A stretch of 52,015 nucleotides of DNA from Burkholderiales bacterium (GCA_050741875.1 JBOIGA010000001.1:1-52015), one strand, 5' to 3'; shown: positions 30,985 through 41,431, counted from the stretch's first letter. The notes: generated by a model not told the origin, from the letters alone. Numbers and translations are program-made.

Positions 30985-32412
30985 TCAGTTGTTGTTCTTG
31001 GTGTTGACGATCTGCAGGCCTTTGAGCAGGTTGATCGCCTGATTGACCTGAAAATCGTTCTTGGAGACGACTTCAGCGGGATCAAGAGGAGCCTCCTCTT
31101 GCGCCTTAGTCGGCTCCTTGGCCGGCGCCAGAGTGCCATTTGGTTTGACCGGGGCGGGAGTAACAGTCGTCGACTTGGTCTCGGCTTTTTCCTCGCCGTT
31201 CATCAGATGTCCGAGTAGATCAGCTTCACGAACGCGAGCTTCGAGTTCTTTGGTCGCCGGATCCTCGACAACGATGTCGGGACTGATGCCTTTGGCCTGG
31301 ATCGAGCGCCCGTTCGGCGTGAAATAGCGCGCAGTCGTCAACTTGATCGCAGTGTTGTTGCCGAGCGGCAGGATGGTCTGCACCGAGCCTTTGCCGAAAG
31401 TCTGCGTTCCCATAATGATCGCGCGCTTATGATCCTGCAGCGCGCCGGCGACGATTTCAGACGCGGAAGCCGACCCGGCGTTTACCAGCACGACCATCGG
31501 CACCGATTTCACCGCGGGCGGCAGCTTCTTCAAGTAATCCTCCTTGAAGCTTCCGCGCAGATAGTTTTCGCTGCTCGCGGTCAACTTCATTCTTGCGTCT
31601 TCAGAGCGTCCGTCGGTGTAGACCACGAGCGCATCCTTGGGCAGAAACGCGGCTGAGACTGCGACCGCGCCATTCAGCAAGCCGCCCGGATCGTTGCGCA
31701 GATCGAGCACGAGGCCCTTCAACGCCGACTTGTTTTCTTCGTAAAGCGAAGTGATCGCTTTGGTGAGCGTCTCGCCGGTGTGCTCCTGAAACTGGGTAAC
31801 CCGAACATAGCCGAAGTCGGGCTCAATCAGCTTGTACTTGACGCTTTGCACCTTGATGATCGCGCGCATCAAAGTCACGACGAGCGGCTTGGACTCGCCT
31901 TTGCGCATGACCGTCAGGGTGATCGGCGTATTGGGTTTCCCGCGCATGCGTTTGATCGCGTCCGACAAGCTCATGCCCTTGACCGGAGTCTCGTCGAGTT
32001 TGACGATGAGATCGCCCGGTTTGATTCCCGCGCGGTAAGCCGGCGTGTCGACGATGGGCGACACGACCTTCACGAAACCGTCTTCCATTCCAACTTCTAT
32101 TCCAAGACCGCCGAATTCGCCTTGCGTGCCCACTTGAAGCTCCTGGAAAGCGTCGGCATCGAGATAGGCTGAATGCGGGTCGAGGCCCGAGAGCATCCCG
32201 TTGATCGCCTCGGTCAGAAGTTTCTTGTCCTCGACCGCCTCGACGTAGTCTTTCTTGATGCGGCCGAAAACCTCGGTGAACGCGCGCAGTTCCTCGATCG
32301 GAAGCGGGGTACCCGTGTCCTTTTCGGCAACGGCGGAGAAGTTGAGACTGAGCAATACGCCCAGCGTCGCGCCGAGCAGCACGAGGCTGAACTGTTGCAT
32401 CTTGTTGCGCAT
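30985..32412 (-). CDS. S41 carboxy-terminal processing protease (Ctp/Prc family) with PDZ domain
   Basis: 475 aa with a signal peptide, a PDZ region (GIKPGDLIVKLDETPV), the catalytic VVLVNAGSASASEI and TFGKGSVQ. Confidence 0.9.
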   Translation of the reverse strand: MRNKMQQFSLVLLGATLGVLLSLNFSAVAEKDTGTPLPIEELRAFTEVFGRIKKDYVEAVEDKKLLTEAINGMLSGLDPHSAYLDADAFQELQVGTQGEFGGLGIEVGMEDGFVKVVSPIVDTPAYRAGIKPGDLIVKLDETPVKGMSLSDAIKRMRGKPNTPITLTVMRKGESKPLVVTLMRAIIKVQSVKYKLIEPDFGYVRVTQFQEHTGETLTKAITSLYEENKSALKGLVLDLRNDPGGLLNGAVAVSAAFLPKDALVVYTDGRSEDARMKLTASSENYLRGSFKEDYLKKLPPAVKSVPMVVLVNAGSASASEIVAGALQDHKRAIIMGTQTFGKGSVQTILPLGNNTAIKLTTARYFTPNGRSIQAKGISPDIVVEDPATKELEARVREADLLGHLMNGEEKAETKSTTVTPAPVKPNGTLAPAKEPTKAQEEAPLDPAEVVSKNDFQVNQAINLLKGLQIVNTKNNN

Positions 32413-32469
32413 ACGACCTCCTCAAAAGCTTCAATTCAGTGTTCAGCGGACAGGGCGCTGAAGAGTCGC

Positions 32470-33618
32470 TCACTTTAATCTAACCCATGCGAGCGGGTCA
32501 AAAGGTTTTCCTTGGTGGCGCATTTCGAAGTAGACGCCCGCAGCTCGACTGCCTCCACTGCTGCCGACTTCGGCGATGATGTCGCCCGCGTGAATCGCCT
32601 CACCGACCTGGCGATGGAGGGTCTCGTTGTAGCCATAGAGACTCATATAGCCTTCGCCGTGGTCCACTATCATAAGGTTGCCATACCCGCGCAACCAGTC
32701 GGCGAAGACGACTTTCCCGGCCGCGATTGCTTTGACCGCGGCGCCCGGCCGCGCGGCAATGAACAGGCCCTTCCAACTCAAATCGCCATCCTCTCTGGGA
32801 GCGCCAAAGAGATTATTGAGTTCCCCGTTTACAGGCAAGTTCAGGCTGCCTTTCAAACGCGCAAACTCACTGCCATCGTCACCCGGCTCCGGGACGCGCT
32901 CGACTTCCGGCTTGCGCGGGGACTTTATCGCTTTGGCCAGACGAGCAACGAGTTCCGCCAGGCGCGCTTCGTTCTCTTTAAGCGTCGCAATCTCCTTTTG
33001 CTGCTCGCGAATCTGCTTCGCCACCTTGGCCAGGACCTCGGCCCGCTCCCGGCGCTGCTCTTTGAGCATCGCCTTCTCTTTCGCCTGCTGATCCTTGAGC
33101 GCTTCGATTTTCGCGCTTTCGTCGAGCGCAGCTGCCTGCAACTGGTTAATTGCTTCCACATCGGTCCTGAGCGATTGCAAGAATTCCGCGCGCGAACGGG
33201 CCAGGATCGAGTAATAAGCAAGCTCGCGCGGCAGTGCGTTCAAGTCTTCCCCTTTGAGCAGCAGTTTGAGCGCCTCATCGTTCCGGCTGCGATGCCTTTG
33301 CCGAAGAAACGCAGCCAGGTTCGATTTCTCATCAGCGACATCGGCTTCGAGCCGGCGGCTTTCAGCCGTCAAACGAGAATGCTCTTTGTTGGATTCCTGG
33401 AGCTGGGCATTCAGCTTGGCGAGCTCGCGGTTGGCATTGGAAATCGCGCGCTCGGATTCGCGCAAGGCGTCGGCGGCGTGCGATTTCGATTCTTCGGATT
33501 CGGCAAGCTCTTTGGTCAGCGCTTCGATGCGGCCGCGAAGCTCCTTGAGTTCTTCCTTGCCGTCGGCGAAAGATAAAAACGCGGCGGAAAGGGTGAGGAG
33601 AAAGACCAGAAAGCGCAA
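32470..33618 (-). CDS. envC: murein hydrolase activator EnvC-like (coiled coil + degenerate/active M23 LytM domain)
   Basis: 382 aa with a signal peptide, a long coiled coil, and a C-terminal M23 domain (GYGNLMIVDHGEGYMSLYGY..GGSRAAGVYFEMRHQGKPFDP). Confidence 0.75.
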   Translation of the reverse strand: MRFLVFLLTLSAAFLSFADGKEELKELRGRIEALTKELAESEESKSHAADALRESERAISNANRELAKLNAQLQESNKEHSRLTAESRRLEADVADEKSNLAAFLRQRHRSRNDEALKLLLKGEDLNALPRELAYYSILARSRAEFLQSLRTDVEAINQLQAAALDESAKIEALKDQQAKEKAMLKEQRRERAEVLAKVAKQIREQQKEIATLKENEARLAELVARLAKAIKSPRKPEVERVPEPGDDGSEFARLKGSLNLPVNGELNNLFGAPREDGDLSWKGLFIAARPGAAVKAIAAGKVVFADWLRGYGNLMIVDHGEGYMSLYGYNETLHRQVGEAIHAGDIIAEVGSSGGSRAAGVYFEMRHQGKPFDPLAWVRLK

Positions 33619-33622
33619 AGAC

Positions 33623-34363
33623 CTAGCCCGCTTTTCCCTGATTGGCGACTGCCTCAGCCGCGCGCTCGATACGCTTTTTGTCCCCCAGATAGTAATGCCG
33701 GATCGGCTTGAGCTTGTCGTTGAGCTCGTAGACGAGCGGCGCGCCCGTCGGGATGTTGAGGTTCAGGATGTCGTCATCACTGATTTTATCGAGATGCTTG
33801 ACGAGCGCGCGCAAGGTGTTGCCGTGCGCGCTGATGATGATTCTTTTGCGCGCCTGTACCGCGGGCGCAATAACTTCGTTCCAGTACGGCAGGAAACGGG
33901 CGACGGTGTCTCTAAGGGATTCGGTCCGCGGAATCTGCGCGAGCAGCTTGTAGCGCCGGTCGTTCGCCGGATTGCGCGGGTCGTCGGGCGTCAGCGCGGG
34001 AGGCGGAACGTCATAACTTCTTCGCCAAAGCAAGACTTGTTTTTCGCCGAATTTGGCGGCGGTCTCGGCTTTGTTCAGTCCGGTGAGCGCGCCGTAATGC
34101 CGCTCATTGATGCGCCACGAAAGATCGATCGGAATCCACAGAAGATCCATTTCGTCGAGCGCCATCCACAGGGTCTTGATCGCTCGCCGCAGAAGCGACG
34201 AGTAGGCGATGTCGAAAACGAACCCTTCCGCCTTCAACAATCGTCCCGCCGCACGGGCTTCGGCGACCCCTTGCTCGGTTAAATCCACGTCCACCCAGCC
34301 GGCGAAACGATTTTCCATGTTCCATATGCTTTGGCCATGTCGCAGCAGCACGATCTTGTTCAT
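33623..34363 (-). CDS. gpmA: 2,3-bisphosphoglycerate-dependent phosphoglycerate mutase
   Basis: Start at ATG 34363 ([32 protein letters not shown], the RHG motif) within ORF 33623..34441. Confidence 0.9.
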   Translation of the reverse strand: MNKIVLLRHGQSIWNMENRFAGWVDVDLTEQGVAEARAAGRLLKAEGFVFDIAYSSLLRRAIKTLWMALDEMDLLWIPIDLSWRINERHYGALTGLNKAETAAKFGEKQVLLWRRSYDVPPPALTPDDPRNPANDRRYKLLAQIPRTESLRDTVARFLPYWNEVIAPAVQARKRIIISAHGNTLRALVKHLDKISDDDILNLNIPTGAPLVYELNDKLKPIRHYYLGDKKRIERAAEAVANQGKAG

Positions 34364-34443
34364 CGATTTAAATTCAAGCGGCGCACGCCGATAGTTTAGA
34401 ATACTTTCCCGCAAATCCAGCGATGCCCCGCGTTTAGACAAGA

Positions 34444-34854
34444 TTGGAATTCCTCGCAGAAAATATTCTGCTCGTGCTGCTTGCGCTGGTCAGCGGCGGC
34501 ATGTTGATTTGGCCGTTTATCGCGCGGCTCATCAGCGGCGCGAAAGAGCTGAGCGCGGCTGATGTGGTGAACCTCATCAATCGCCGCGACGCGCTCGTGG
34601 TCGACGTGCGCGAACCCGGCGAATTCAAATCGGGCCACATTCCGCGCGCGCGCAACATTCCTTTGTCGCAGCTCAAAGACCGCATGAAGGAGCTGGAAAA
34701 GCAAAAGGCGCGTCCGATCGTCTTGAGCTGCGCCAGCGGCAGTCGGTCGCTCAACGCCAGTCGGGTACTCAAGCAGCACGGGTTCAACGAAGTATTCGCC
34801 TTGCGCAAAGGTTTGCTTGGCTGGACCGAGGCCTCGATGCCGTTGGAAAAGTAA
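34444..34854 (+). CDS. membrane-anchored rhodanese-domain sulfurtransferase
   Basis: 136 aa with an N-terminal TM helix and a rhodanese domain with the active-site loop LSCASGSRS. Confidence 0.8.
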   Translation: MEFLAENILLVLLALVSGGMLIWPFIARLISGAKELSAADVVNLINRRDALVVDVREPGEFKSGHIPRARNIPLSQLKDRMKELEKQKARPIVLSCASGSRSLNASRVLKQHGFNEVFALRKGLLGWTEASMPLEK

Positions 34855-35132
34855 TGGCGCGAGTGCGAATGTATGCGAGCGGCTTTTGTCCCTACTGCAT
34901 CATGGCCGAGCGTCTGCTGCACGCTAAAGGCGTCGCCGACATCGCCAAGATCAGAGTCGATCTCGAGCCACAGGCGAGAGTCGAGATGATGCAAAAAACC
35001 GGACGTCGCACGGTGCCGCAGATTTACATTGGCGATAAACACGTCGGCGGCTACGACGATCTCGCCGATCTCGCCAAATCCGGCGAGCTCGATACGCTGT
35101 TGAAAGCGCAGAATCAACAAGGGTCCTCATGA
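34854..35132 (+). CDS. grxC: glutaredoxin 3
   Basis: 92 aa. CPYC active site, TVPQIYIG and GGYDDL motifs. TAATG overlap with the rhodanese gene. Confidence 0.9.
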   Translation: MARVRMYASGFCPYCIMAERLLHAKGVADIAKIRVDLEPQARVEMMQKTGRRTVPQIYIGDKHVGGYDDLADLAKSGELDTLLKAQNQQGSS

Positions 35133-35566
35133 GCGAAACCGTCTTCTCGATCGAAAAAATCTACGTCAAGGACTTGTCCCTGGAAGTGCCGAACGCACCA
35201 AAGATCTTTCTCGAGCGCGAGCAACCGAAAATAGACGTGCAACTGCAAACCAAAAGCGGCGCAATCGACGAAGGCCTGCACGAGGTCATGCTCACGGTGA
35301 CGATCACGGCGCGGATCGAAGACAAGACGATGTTTCTCGTCGAGGCCGTGCAGGCGGGCGTGTTTCAGACGAGGAACGCCAAACCGCAGGAACTCGAGCT
35401 GATCCTGGCGATCGGCTGCCCCAACATTCTTTTTCCTTACGCGCGCGAAACTGTGTCCGACCTCGTCACTCGCGCGGGCTTTCCGCCGGTCATTCTGAAC
35501 CCGGTCAACTTTGAGCACCTTTACCGCGAGCGGCAACGCCAGGCGGCCACGCCGACCAGCCATTAG
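35129..35566 (+). CDS. secB: protein-export chaperone SecB
   Basis: 145 aa. FSIEKIYVKDLSLEVPNAP..CPNILFPYARETVSDLVTRAGFPPVILNPVNFE is the SecB signature. Confidence 0.9.
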   Translation: MSETVFSIEKIYVKDLSLEVPNAPKIFLEREQPKIDVQLQTKSGAIDEGLHEVMLTVTITARIEDKTMFLVEAVQAGVFQTRNAKPQELELILAIGCPNILFPYARETVSDLVTRAGFPPVILNPVNFEHLYRERQRQAATPTSH

Positions 35567-36005
35567 ACGCCTGATCGCGGCGGTAGGGGTCGTGATGGCG
35601 CTCCTCGCGGCAAACGCCTTGGCGCTCGAATTCAAATCCGTCAACGACCCCGGCGCGGTACTTTTCGACGCTCCGTCGACGAGCGCCAGAAAACTCTACG
35701 TCGTCAGCCGGGGCTACCCGCTCGAAGTCGTCGTTACGCTGGAGAATTGGGTCAAGGTTCGCGACGCAAGCGGCGCGATATCCTGGATCGAAAGGAAGAG
35801 CCTCGCCGACAAGCGGATGGTGCTTGTGCTCTCGGCGACGGCGAATGTTCTTCAGTCTCCCGCGGCGAATTCGCCGATCGTGTTCAAAGCCGAGCGCGAT
35901 GTGGTGCTGGAATTCGTCGAGGCCGGCCCGCCGGGCTGGATCAAAGTCAGCCATCGCGATGGCCAATCGGGCTTCGTCGCGACCGGCGACGTCTGGGGCA
36001 GATGA
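35511..36005 (+). CDS. secreted bacterial SH3-domain protein (start uncertain)
   Basis: Signal-like RRLIAAVGVVMALLAANALA followed by two SH3b-like segments (YPLEVVVTLENWVKVRDASGAISWI; WIKVSHRDGQSGFV). The ORF start at 35511 overlaps secB by 56 nt. Confidence 0.55.
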   Translation: MSTFTASGNARRPRRPAIRRLIAAVGVVMALLAANALALEFKSVNDPGAVLFDAPSTSARKLYVVSRGYPLEVVVTLENWVKVRDASGAISWIERKSLADKRMVLVLSATANVLQSPAANSPIVFKAERDVVLEFVEAGPPGWIKVSHRDGQSGFVATGDVWGR

Positions 36006-36982
36006 AGATTGCGATTCTGGGAGCAGGCGCCTGGGGGACCGCGCTTGCGCTGGCGTTCGCCGCTCGTCACGAAATTACGCTTTGGCTTCGCGACAAAGAC
36101 TACGGCGCGGCCATGCGCCAAACGCGGGAGAATTCGCGTTACCTTCCCGGTTTCAGCTTGCCTGCGAGCCTGCGAATCGAGACCGATCTCGCTTTGGCTC
36201 TCGCCGATGTCGAGCTCGTCGTTGTGGTCGTTCCGACTGCAGGATTTCGCCAGGTCTTGAGAGAGATTCACGGTAGCGCCGCGCCGGTGATCTGGGGTTG
36301 CAAAGGTTTTGAGGTCGGAAGCGCCAAACTTCCGCATCAAGTCATCGCCGAGGAGCTGAAGCCGGATGCGAAAGCCGCCGTGCTTTCGGGACCGAGCTTC
36401 GCCGAAGAAGTCGCGCGCGGACTCCCCACCGCCGTCACTCTCGCTTCGGATGACCCTGGCTTCGCGCGCGAAATGGCGAAACAACTGCACAGTGCGCGAC
36501 TTCGCATCTATTCGAGCAGCGACGTCGTCGGAGTCGAAGTCGCTGGAGCGGTCAAGAACGTGCTCGCGATGGCCGCCGGAATCTCGGATGGTATGAATCT
36601 CGGCAACAATGCTCGCGCCGCGCTCATGACCCGCGGCCTCGCCGAAATGACTCGCCTGGGATTGGCGCTCGGCGGGCGCATGGAAACGTTTATGGGTCTG
36701 GCCGGAATGGGCGATCTTTTTTTGACCGCGTCGTCCGACCTTTCGCGCAATCGCCGGGTCGGTCTCATGCTCGCGCGGGGCAAGACGTTGTCATCTATAC
36801 TCGAAGAGCTCGGTCATGTCGCGGAAGGCGTTACGACCGCGAAAGAAGTTCAACGTCTCGGCCGGTTAGTCAATGTGGACATGCCGATCACGCAGACAAT
36901 CTGCCGCGTGCTGGGCGACGGTCTCGCTCCCGACGCCGCTCTAAGCGAATTATTGAGCCGCGAGCCAAGGACCGAGCACTGA
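36002..36982 (+). CDS. gpsA: NAD(P)H-dependent glycerol-3-phosphate dehydrogenase
   Basis: ATG at 36002 (MKIAILGAGAWGTALA) in an ATGA overlap with the SH3 gene. Motifs GPSFAEEV and KNVLAMAAGISDG. The longer ORF from 35747 has no homology logic. Confidence 0.9.
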   Translation: MKIAILGAGAWGTALALAFAARHEITLWLRDKDYGAAMRQTRENSRYLPGFSLPASLRIETDLALALADVELVVVVVPTAGFRQVLREIHGSAAPVIWGCKGFEVGSAKLPHQVIAEELKPDAKAAVLSGPSFAEEVARGLPTAVTLASDDPGFAREMAKQLHSARLRIYSSSDVVGVEVAGAVKNVLAMAAGISDGMNLGNNARAALMTRGLAEMTRLGLALGGRMETFMGLAGMGDLFLTASSDLSRNRRVGLMLARGKTLSSILEELGHVAEGVTTAKEVQRLGRLVNVDMPITQTICRVLGDGLAPDAALSELLSREPRTEH

Positions 36983-37002
36983 GACAGGCCAGGAGAGAAA
37001 AA

Positions 37003-37317
37003 ATGCGCAAGCTCGCTTTGATCCTGATCGCTTTCGTTTTCGCCTGCTCGGAGGAAAAACCCATCGAACCGAAAGCACCCGAGCGTAAACCCGCCGCGCA
37101 GAGAACGGTCGAGAAACGCGATGCCGATAAACTCGACATTAATACCGCAAGCGAAGAACAACTTTCGGAGTTGCCCGGAATAGGAAAAGAGCGCGCGAGA
37201 TCGATCATTCGCGGCCGGCCATGGGCAGCGAAAGACGAGCTTGTGGATAGAGGGGTTCTGCCGCCAGCGACCTACGACAAAATCAAGGAAGAGATCATCG
37301 CGCGGCAAAGGAAATGA
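37003..37317 (+). CDS. ComEA-like helix-hairpin-helix DNA-binding lipoprotein
   Basis: 104 aa with lipobox FVFAC. The HhH region is DINTASEEQLSELPGIGKERARSII. Confidence 0.7.
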   Translation: MRKLALILIAFVFACSEEKPIEPKAPERKPAAQRTVEKRDADKLDINTASEEQLSELPGIGKERARSIIRGRPWAAKDELVDRGVLPPATYDKIKEEIIARQRK

Positions 37318-37349
37318 GCGTCGGCGCGTCGACCAACCGGAGGATCCGG

Positions 37350-37766
37350 GTGAAAACCTTGTTCCTCGTCTTCGTATCCGGCGCGCTCTTTACCGGCTGT
37401 GCAAGCGGCCCTGTTGCGAGCTCGCAAGCCGAGAGTGTGCCTTCCTCCCGAATACTCACGAAAAAGTGGCTCTCGCCCTCGCCGGGAAGCGGGCGTCTGA
37501 TCGTCAAGCGCGATAGCGGCGTCGCACGAGCTGCATGCAACATCAGGGTTTATGTTGGCAAAACGGCTGTTGCCGATCTGGGTCCTGCGGAGAAAGTGGA
37601 ACTGTTTCTCCCTGCAGGCGATCACGTGATTAAAGGTGAAACCAGGGGCATCTGTGCCGGAGGGACAGCCGAAATCACCATGGCGATTTCACCCAAAGTG
37701 GAAAGAATCGTTCGCATCGTTTCCGGCAAGAGCGAAGGCATTGAGCTTCGCGCGACGTTTTTATAG
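37350..37766 (+). CDS. hypothetical lipoprotein
   Basis: The GTG at 37350 follows GGAGGA. VKTLFLVFVSGALFTGC is a signal peptide plus lipobox. No family recognised. Confidence 0.45.
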   Translation: MKTLFLVFVSGALFTGCASGPVASSQAESVPSSRILTKKWLSPSPGSGRLIVKRDSGVARAACNIRVYVGKTAVADLGPAEKVELFLPAGDHVIKGETRGICAGGTAEITMAISPKVERIVRIVSGKSEGIELRATFL

Positions 37767-37837
37767 CTTGAGGGTTCCTTCCGTCCGCGTTCATGCCGGC
37801 TCCGTGTACGCACTGGAAGGATCGAGCGCATAGGACT

Positions 37838-38521
37838 ATGCGGATTCTGATCATCGAAGATAATTCCGACATCCTCGCTAACCTCTATGAGTTTCTCGAA
37901 CCGGCGGGGTACGACCTCGATAGCGCTCGCGACGGCTTGACCGGCCTTGCTCGCGCAGCGGAAGAAGGTTATGACGCGATCGTCCTCGATCTGATGCTGC
38001 CGGGTCTCGATGGATTAACTTTGTGCCGCCGGTTGCGCCGTGAATTGCGCAAACCAACCCCAGTGCTCATGCTGACCGCGCGCGACACGATGGACGACAA
38101 GCTCGCCGGTTTCGACAGCGGCGCCGACGATTACCTGATCAAACCATTCTCGCTGCCCGAGCTCGATGCGCGCCTGAAGGCGCTGGTGCGGCGCGCTCGC
38201 GGCACTCAGACCGATGCCGTCTTAAGTCTTGGCGAACTTCGTTTCGACACTTCGACTTTCGAAGTCTCGCGCGCAGGGGCAAAAATCGAATTGACTCCTA
38301 CGGGCTACAAGCTGCTCGCTTGTCTGCTGCGTGCCTCGCCGCGAATCCTCACCAAGGAGGTCTTGGAGCGCGAAGTCTGGGGCGAGCAACCTCCCGACAG
38401 CGACGCTCTGCGCACTCATATCCATGCCTTGCGTCAGGCCGTGGACAAACCTTTTTCCGGTCCCATGTTGCGCACCGTGCACGGAATCGGTTACCGGCTG
38501 GTGGACAAGGATGCCGACTGA
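37838..38521 (+). CDS. OmpR-family two-component response regulator
   Basis: Start at ATG 37838 (MRILIIEDN). REC domain (VLDLMLPGLDG, KP) plus a winged-helix trans_reg_C domain (LTPTGYKLLACL..VHGIGYRL). Confidence 0.9.
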   Translation: MRILIIEDNSDILANLYEFLEPAGYDLDSARDGLTGLARAAEEGYDAIVLDLMLPGLDGLTLCRRLRRELRKPTPVLMLTARDTMDDKLAGFDSGADDYLIKPFSLPELDARLKALVRRARGTQTDAVLSLGELRFDTSTFEVSRAGAKIELTPTGYKLLACLLRASPRILTKEVLEREVWGEQPPDSDALRTHIHALRQAVDKPFSGPMLRTVHGIGYRLVDKDAD

Positions 38522-39743
38522 ACGATCGCTCCATACTCGAATTACGGTCGCCTTCGCTCTCCTTGCCGTCGTGGTCTGCGGGTTTTTCACGATTGTGGTT
38601 TACGTCTCCTTCGAAATCATCGAACACAACCTGTTTTCGGGCCACCTGGGCGCGGAAATCGAATGGCTTGCCGACGGCATGGAGAACGGCCGCGCGGTCG
38701 AAGTCCCACCGGGCCGGCGCTTCTTCACCGAAGCGACGGCGCCGGAAGATCTCAGAGCGTTGCCGCCCGGTTACCACGATCTCGAACGGGGTTTAAGCGC
38801 CTTGCACGTTTTCGTCCATGAGCGCGGCGACCAGCGCTTTATTTTAGTCAGCGAGGAACGAGATTTCGAACAACAAGAATCGCTCCTCTACCTGTGCCTA
38901 GGCATCGGCTGTGTTGCCGGCCTGGTAATCTCGATTTGGCTTGGACGTCTTACTTCGGGTCGAGTCATTGCGCCGGTGACCGCGCTGGCCCATGCCGTTC
39001 AGCAAAGAGAGGAGAAGTTGCCTTCGGTGACGGCGCCGGACGAAATCGGAACGCTGGCTCGCGCCTTCGCCGCACGCACAACCGAGCTTCGGCAATTCCT
39101 GGTGCGCGAGCGCCTGTTCACTGCGGATATCAGTCACGAACTGCGTACTCCCCTGACGGTGATCCTCGGCGCCGCTGAGGTGATCGGCCTGCACGCGAAA
39201 GATCAGCGCGGGCTCGTCACAGCCGCCGAGCGTATCCGGCGCACCGCTGCGGAGATGAGCGAACGAGTCAGCGCTTTTCTGCTCTTGTCGCGCGCGCCTG
39301 AAACGCTCGATGCGCCGAGGATCGCGTTGAATCCGATCATTGAGCGCGAGCTGGAGCGTTGCCAGCCACTCCTCGCCGGGAAAGAGGTAACACTGCATGC
39401 CGACGCGCCAACCCAGGTATTTGTTCACGCGCGGCCGGAATTGGCCGCGACCGCCATCGGCAATCTGATCCGCAACGCCTGCCAATACACGGAGCGCGGC
39501 GACGTGAGAGTGTGTCTGACCGCCGATTGTGTGATGGTCGAAGACTCTGGACCAGGGCTGCCCGATTCCGTGCGAAGCCATCTTTTCGAACGCTTTGTCC
39601 GCGGCAGCGAGGAAAATGTCCCCGGCTTGGGCTTGGGGCTCGCGATCGTCGAGCGCGTGACCGAACATCTCAACTGGAAGCTTCGGTTCGAAGATCGCCG
39701 CTCCGGCGGCAGCTGCTTCATCCTCAATTTCCCGCCTGCTTAA
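38511..39743 (+). CDS. sensor histidine kinase (2 TM, HAMP-like, HisKA, HATPase_c)
   Basis: The ATG at 38511 overlaps the regulator stop by 11 nt. H-box FTADISHELRTPL, N-box LIRNACQYT, G-boxes DSGPGL and GLGLGLAIV. Confidence 0.85.
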   Translation: MPTERSLHTRITVAFALLAVVVCGFFTIVVYVSFEIIEHNLFSGHLGAEIEWLADGMENGRAVEVPPGRRFFTEATAPEDLRALPPGYHDLERGLSALHVFVHERGDQRFILVSEERDFEQQESLLYLCLGIGCVAGLVISIWLGRLTSGRVIAPVTALAHAVQQREEKLPSVTAPDEIGTLARAFAARTTELRQFLVRERLFTADISHELRTPLTVILGAAEVIGLHAKDQRGLVTAAERIRRTAAEMSERVSAFLLLSRAPETLDAPRIALNPIIERELERCQPLLAGKEVTLHADAPTQVFVHARPELAATAIGNLIRNACQYTERGDVRVCLTADCVMVEDSGPGLPDSVRSHLFERFVRGSEENVPGLGLGLAIVERVTEHLNWKLRFEDRRSGGSCFILNFPPA

Positions 39744-39846
39744 CAAAATCCTGATGTTTTCCTAACGCGCGCTTAACGCCGCGTTCAATAGAGTTCCTTA
39801 GGAATCGTCGAGGGACTCGCGCCCTCGTCGCCCCGAGGGAGACGAA

Positions 39847-40485
39847 TTGAACGCCGCGTATTGCAACAAATATCAGAGCCCGCAAGCCGCGCAGGCCTAT
39901 CACGACGCGCATCGAAATGACCGGGCGAAGCAGCGCCGGACCAGAAAAGAAATTGAAATTCTCGGCGAGCTTTTGCGAACACAAAAAAGTTGCGATGCGA
40001 TCCTCGATCTGCCCTGCGGCGGCGGCCGGTTGAGCGGTCCCATCCACGCCGCGACCAAGCTGCTCATCGAGGCCGACATCTCTCTCTCGCAAGTCGTTTT
40101 TGCTTGTAACCATTCCAGCGCCGGAGCAAACCGAGTTTACTTTGCCGCGTCAGCGACGGAGATTCCGCTTCCCACAAACAGCGTTGACGCAGCCGTGTGC
40201 GCGAGGTTATCGCACCATCTGTCTACGCTGGAGCAACGCGAAAGCCTTATACGCGAGCTGCTTCGAATTGCACGGCGCTTTGTGATTGTTTCTTTTGCAG
40301 ACCGCCATTCGATCAAGAATCTATTACGTGTCCTAAGCGGCAAAGCGCCCAATCCGCATTCGATGTCCTCGCGTGAGATTGCCGGAATTGCAAAAAAATC
40401 ACAGGCCCGTCTCGCGGCGTGTCCTTCGGTATCGCTGCTCGGCTCCCGGCACCGATACGCCTTGCTGGTCAAAGATCCACCGTGA
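39847..40485 (+). CDS. class I SAM-dependent methyltransferase
   Basis: 212 aa (TTG start per ORF track). Motif I ILDLPCGGGRL. Confidence 0.65.
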   Translation: MNAAYCNKYQSPQAAQAYHDAHRNDRAKQRRTRKEIEILGELLRTQKSCDAILDLPCGGGRLSGPIHAATKLLIEADISLSQVVFACNHSSAGANRVYFAASATEIPLPTNSVDAAVCARLSHHLSTLEQRESLIRELLRIARRFVIVSFADRHSIKNLLRVLSGKAPNPHSMSSREIAGIAKKSQARLAACPSVSLLGSRHRYALLVKDPP

Positions 40486-40489
40486 CTCA

Positions 40490-41431
40490 ATGATTCGCTG
40501 CGCGTTCAAGTGGCGCGGTAGCAGGCTGTTTATTGCTTCAGGGTGGCGGGAAAAGCTCGCAAGCATCGGCATATCCGGGCAAAGCAATGATTGGGAGACG
40601 GTCACAAAGGGCGACCTCGTCTCCGCCTCGTCATCGATCACTCAATGCTACAAAGTCGCCCTTAACTCGGGTGAATCGATCTATTTCAAGCGCTACACGT
40701 ACAACCGCGATCGGTTTCGCTACTGGTTGCGTCGAAGTAAAGCAATGACTGAAGTGTGGGGCTACGGGGAGCTCAGTAGAATCGGGATTCCCGTTCCCGA
40801 AATCCTGGCATATGGCGAGCAGCGGCAATTCGGGTTCTTGCGCGCTGCGTTCATCGTGACTCTTGCGGTCGGCGAGAGCAAGGACCTGAAAAAGTTTACC
40901 GACGAACTTCAGTCCAGAATTGAACGCAAGCAAACGTACCGCATTCTTGCAAAACAACTGGCCAGTCAATTACGCGCCGCTCATGAGAAAGGTTTTTTCC
41001 ACCACGATCTCAAGTGGAAAAACATTTTGGTCAGGCAAACCGCGGGCGGATCTTCGCTCCACTGGATTGATTGTCCCCGCGCGCACCATAAGGCGTTCCA
41101 CCGGCAGCGCGCCGTGGTCTGCGACCTCGCTTCCTTGGCCCGCGACGCAAGAGACCACTTAAGTCCATTCGAGCAGCTGCGCTTTCTGCACGATTATCTT
41201 GGCGACGAATTCGACAAAGCGGCGTTGAGAAATCTGGTCCGCAAGATCAATGATCGCGTGTATGCGAAATCCGCGGCAAGCCTTGTGCACTGCGGGCAAG
41301 CCCTTGGCGAAGTTCAAGACTTGCGTCCCTACACACGCCTTCCAGTCCCTAGTTCAGCGAGTTTCCTGCCGGCGCCTGCCACGCTGGCCGAGACGAGGCG
41401 GATCGAACCCGCACGTCGCTCTTCGCTTTAG
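40490..41431 (+). CDS. lipopolysaccharide kinase (InaA/RfaP/Kdo kinase) family protein
   Basis: Start at ATG 40490 (MIRCAFKW). Kinase core YFKRY..E..LSRIGIPVPEILAYGE..HHDLKWKNILV. The last ~45 codons run through a tRNA-like fragment and may not be genuinely coding. Confidence 0.65.
   Translation: MIRCAFKWRGSRLFIASGWREKLASIGISGQSNDWETVTKGDLVSASSSITQCYKVALNSGESIYFKRYTYNRDRFRYWLRRSKAMTEVWGYGELSRIGIPVPEILAYGEQRQFGFLRAAFIVTLAVGESKDLKKFTDELQSRIERKQTYRILAKQLASQLRAAHEKGFFHHDLKWKNILVRQTAGGSSLHWIDCPRAHHKAFHRQRAVVCDLASLARDARDHLSPFEQLRFLHDYLGDEFDKAALRNLVRKINDRVYAKSAASLVHCGQALGEVQDLRPYTRLPVPSSASFLPAPATLAETRRIEPARRSSL

Noticed and set aside
35747-36001. 85-codon N-terminal extension of gpsA in the ORF track (start 35747)
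   Set aside because: The region is already occupied in another frame by the SH3-domain gene. GpsA homology (MKIAILGAGAWGT Rossmann loop) begins exactly at the ATG at 36002.
39744-39846. GC-rich imperfect hairpins (cgaggg-actcgcg-ccctcg etc.) after the histidine kinase gene, considered as a terminator or riboswitch
   Set aside because: The stems are short (6 bp), there is no U-tract, and nothing resembles a riboswitch class I know. This is insufficient to annotate.
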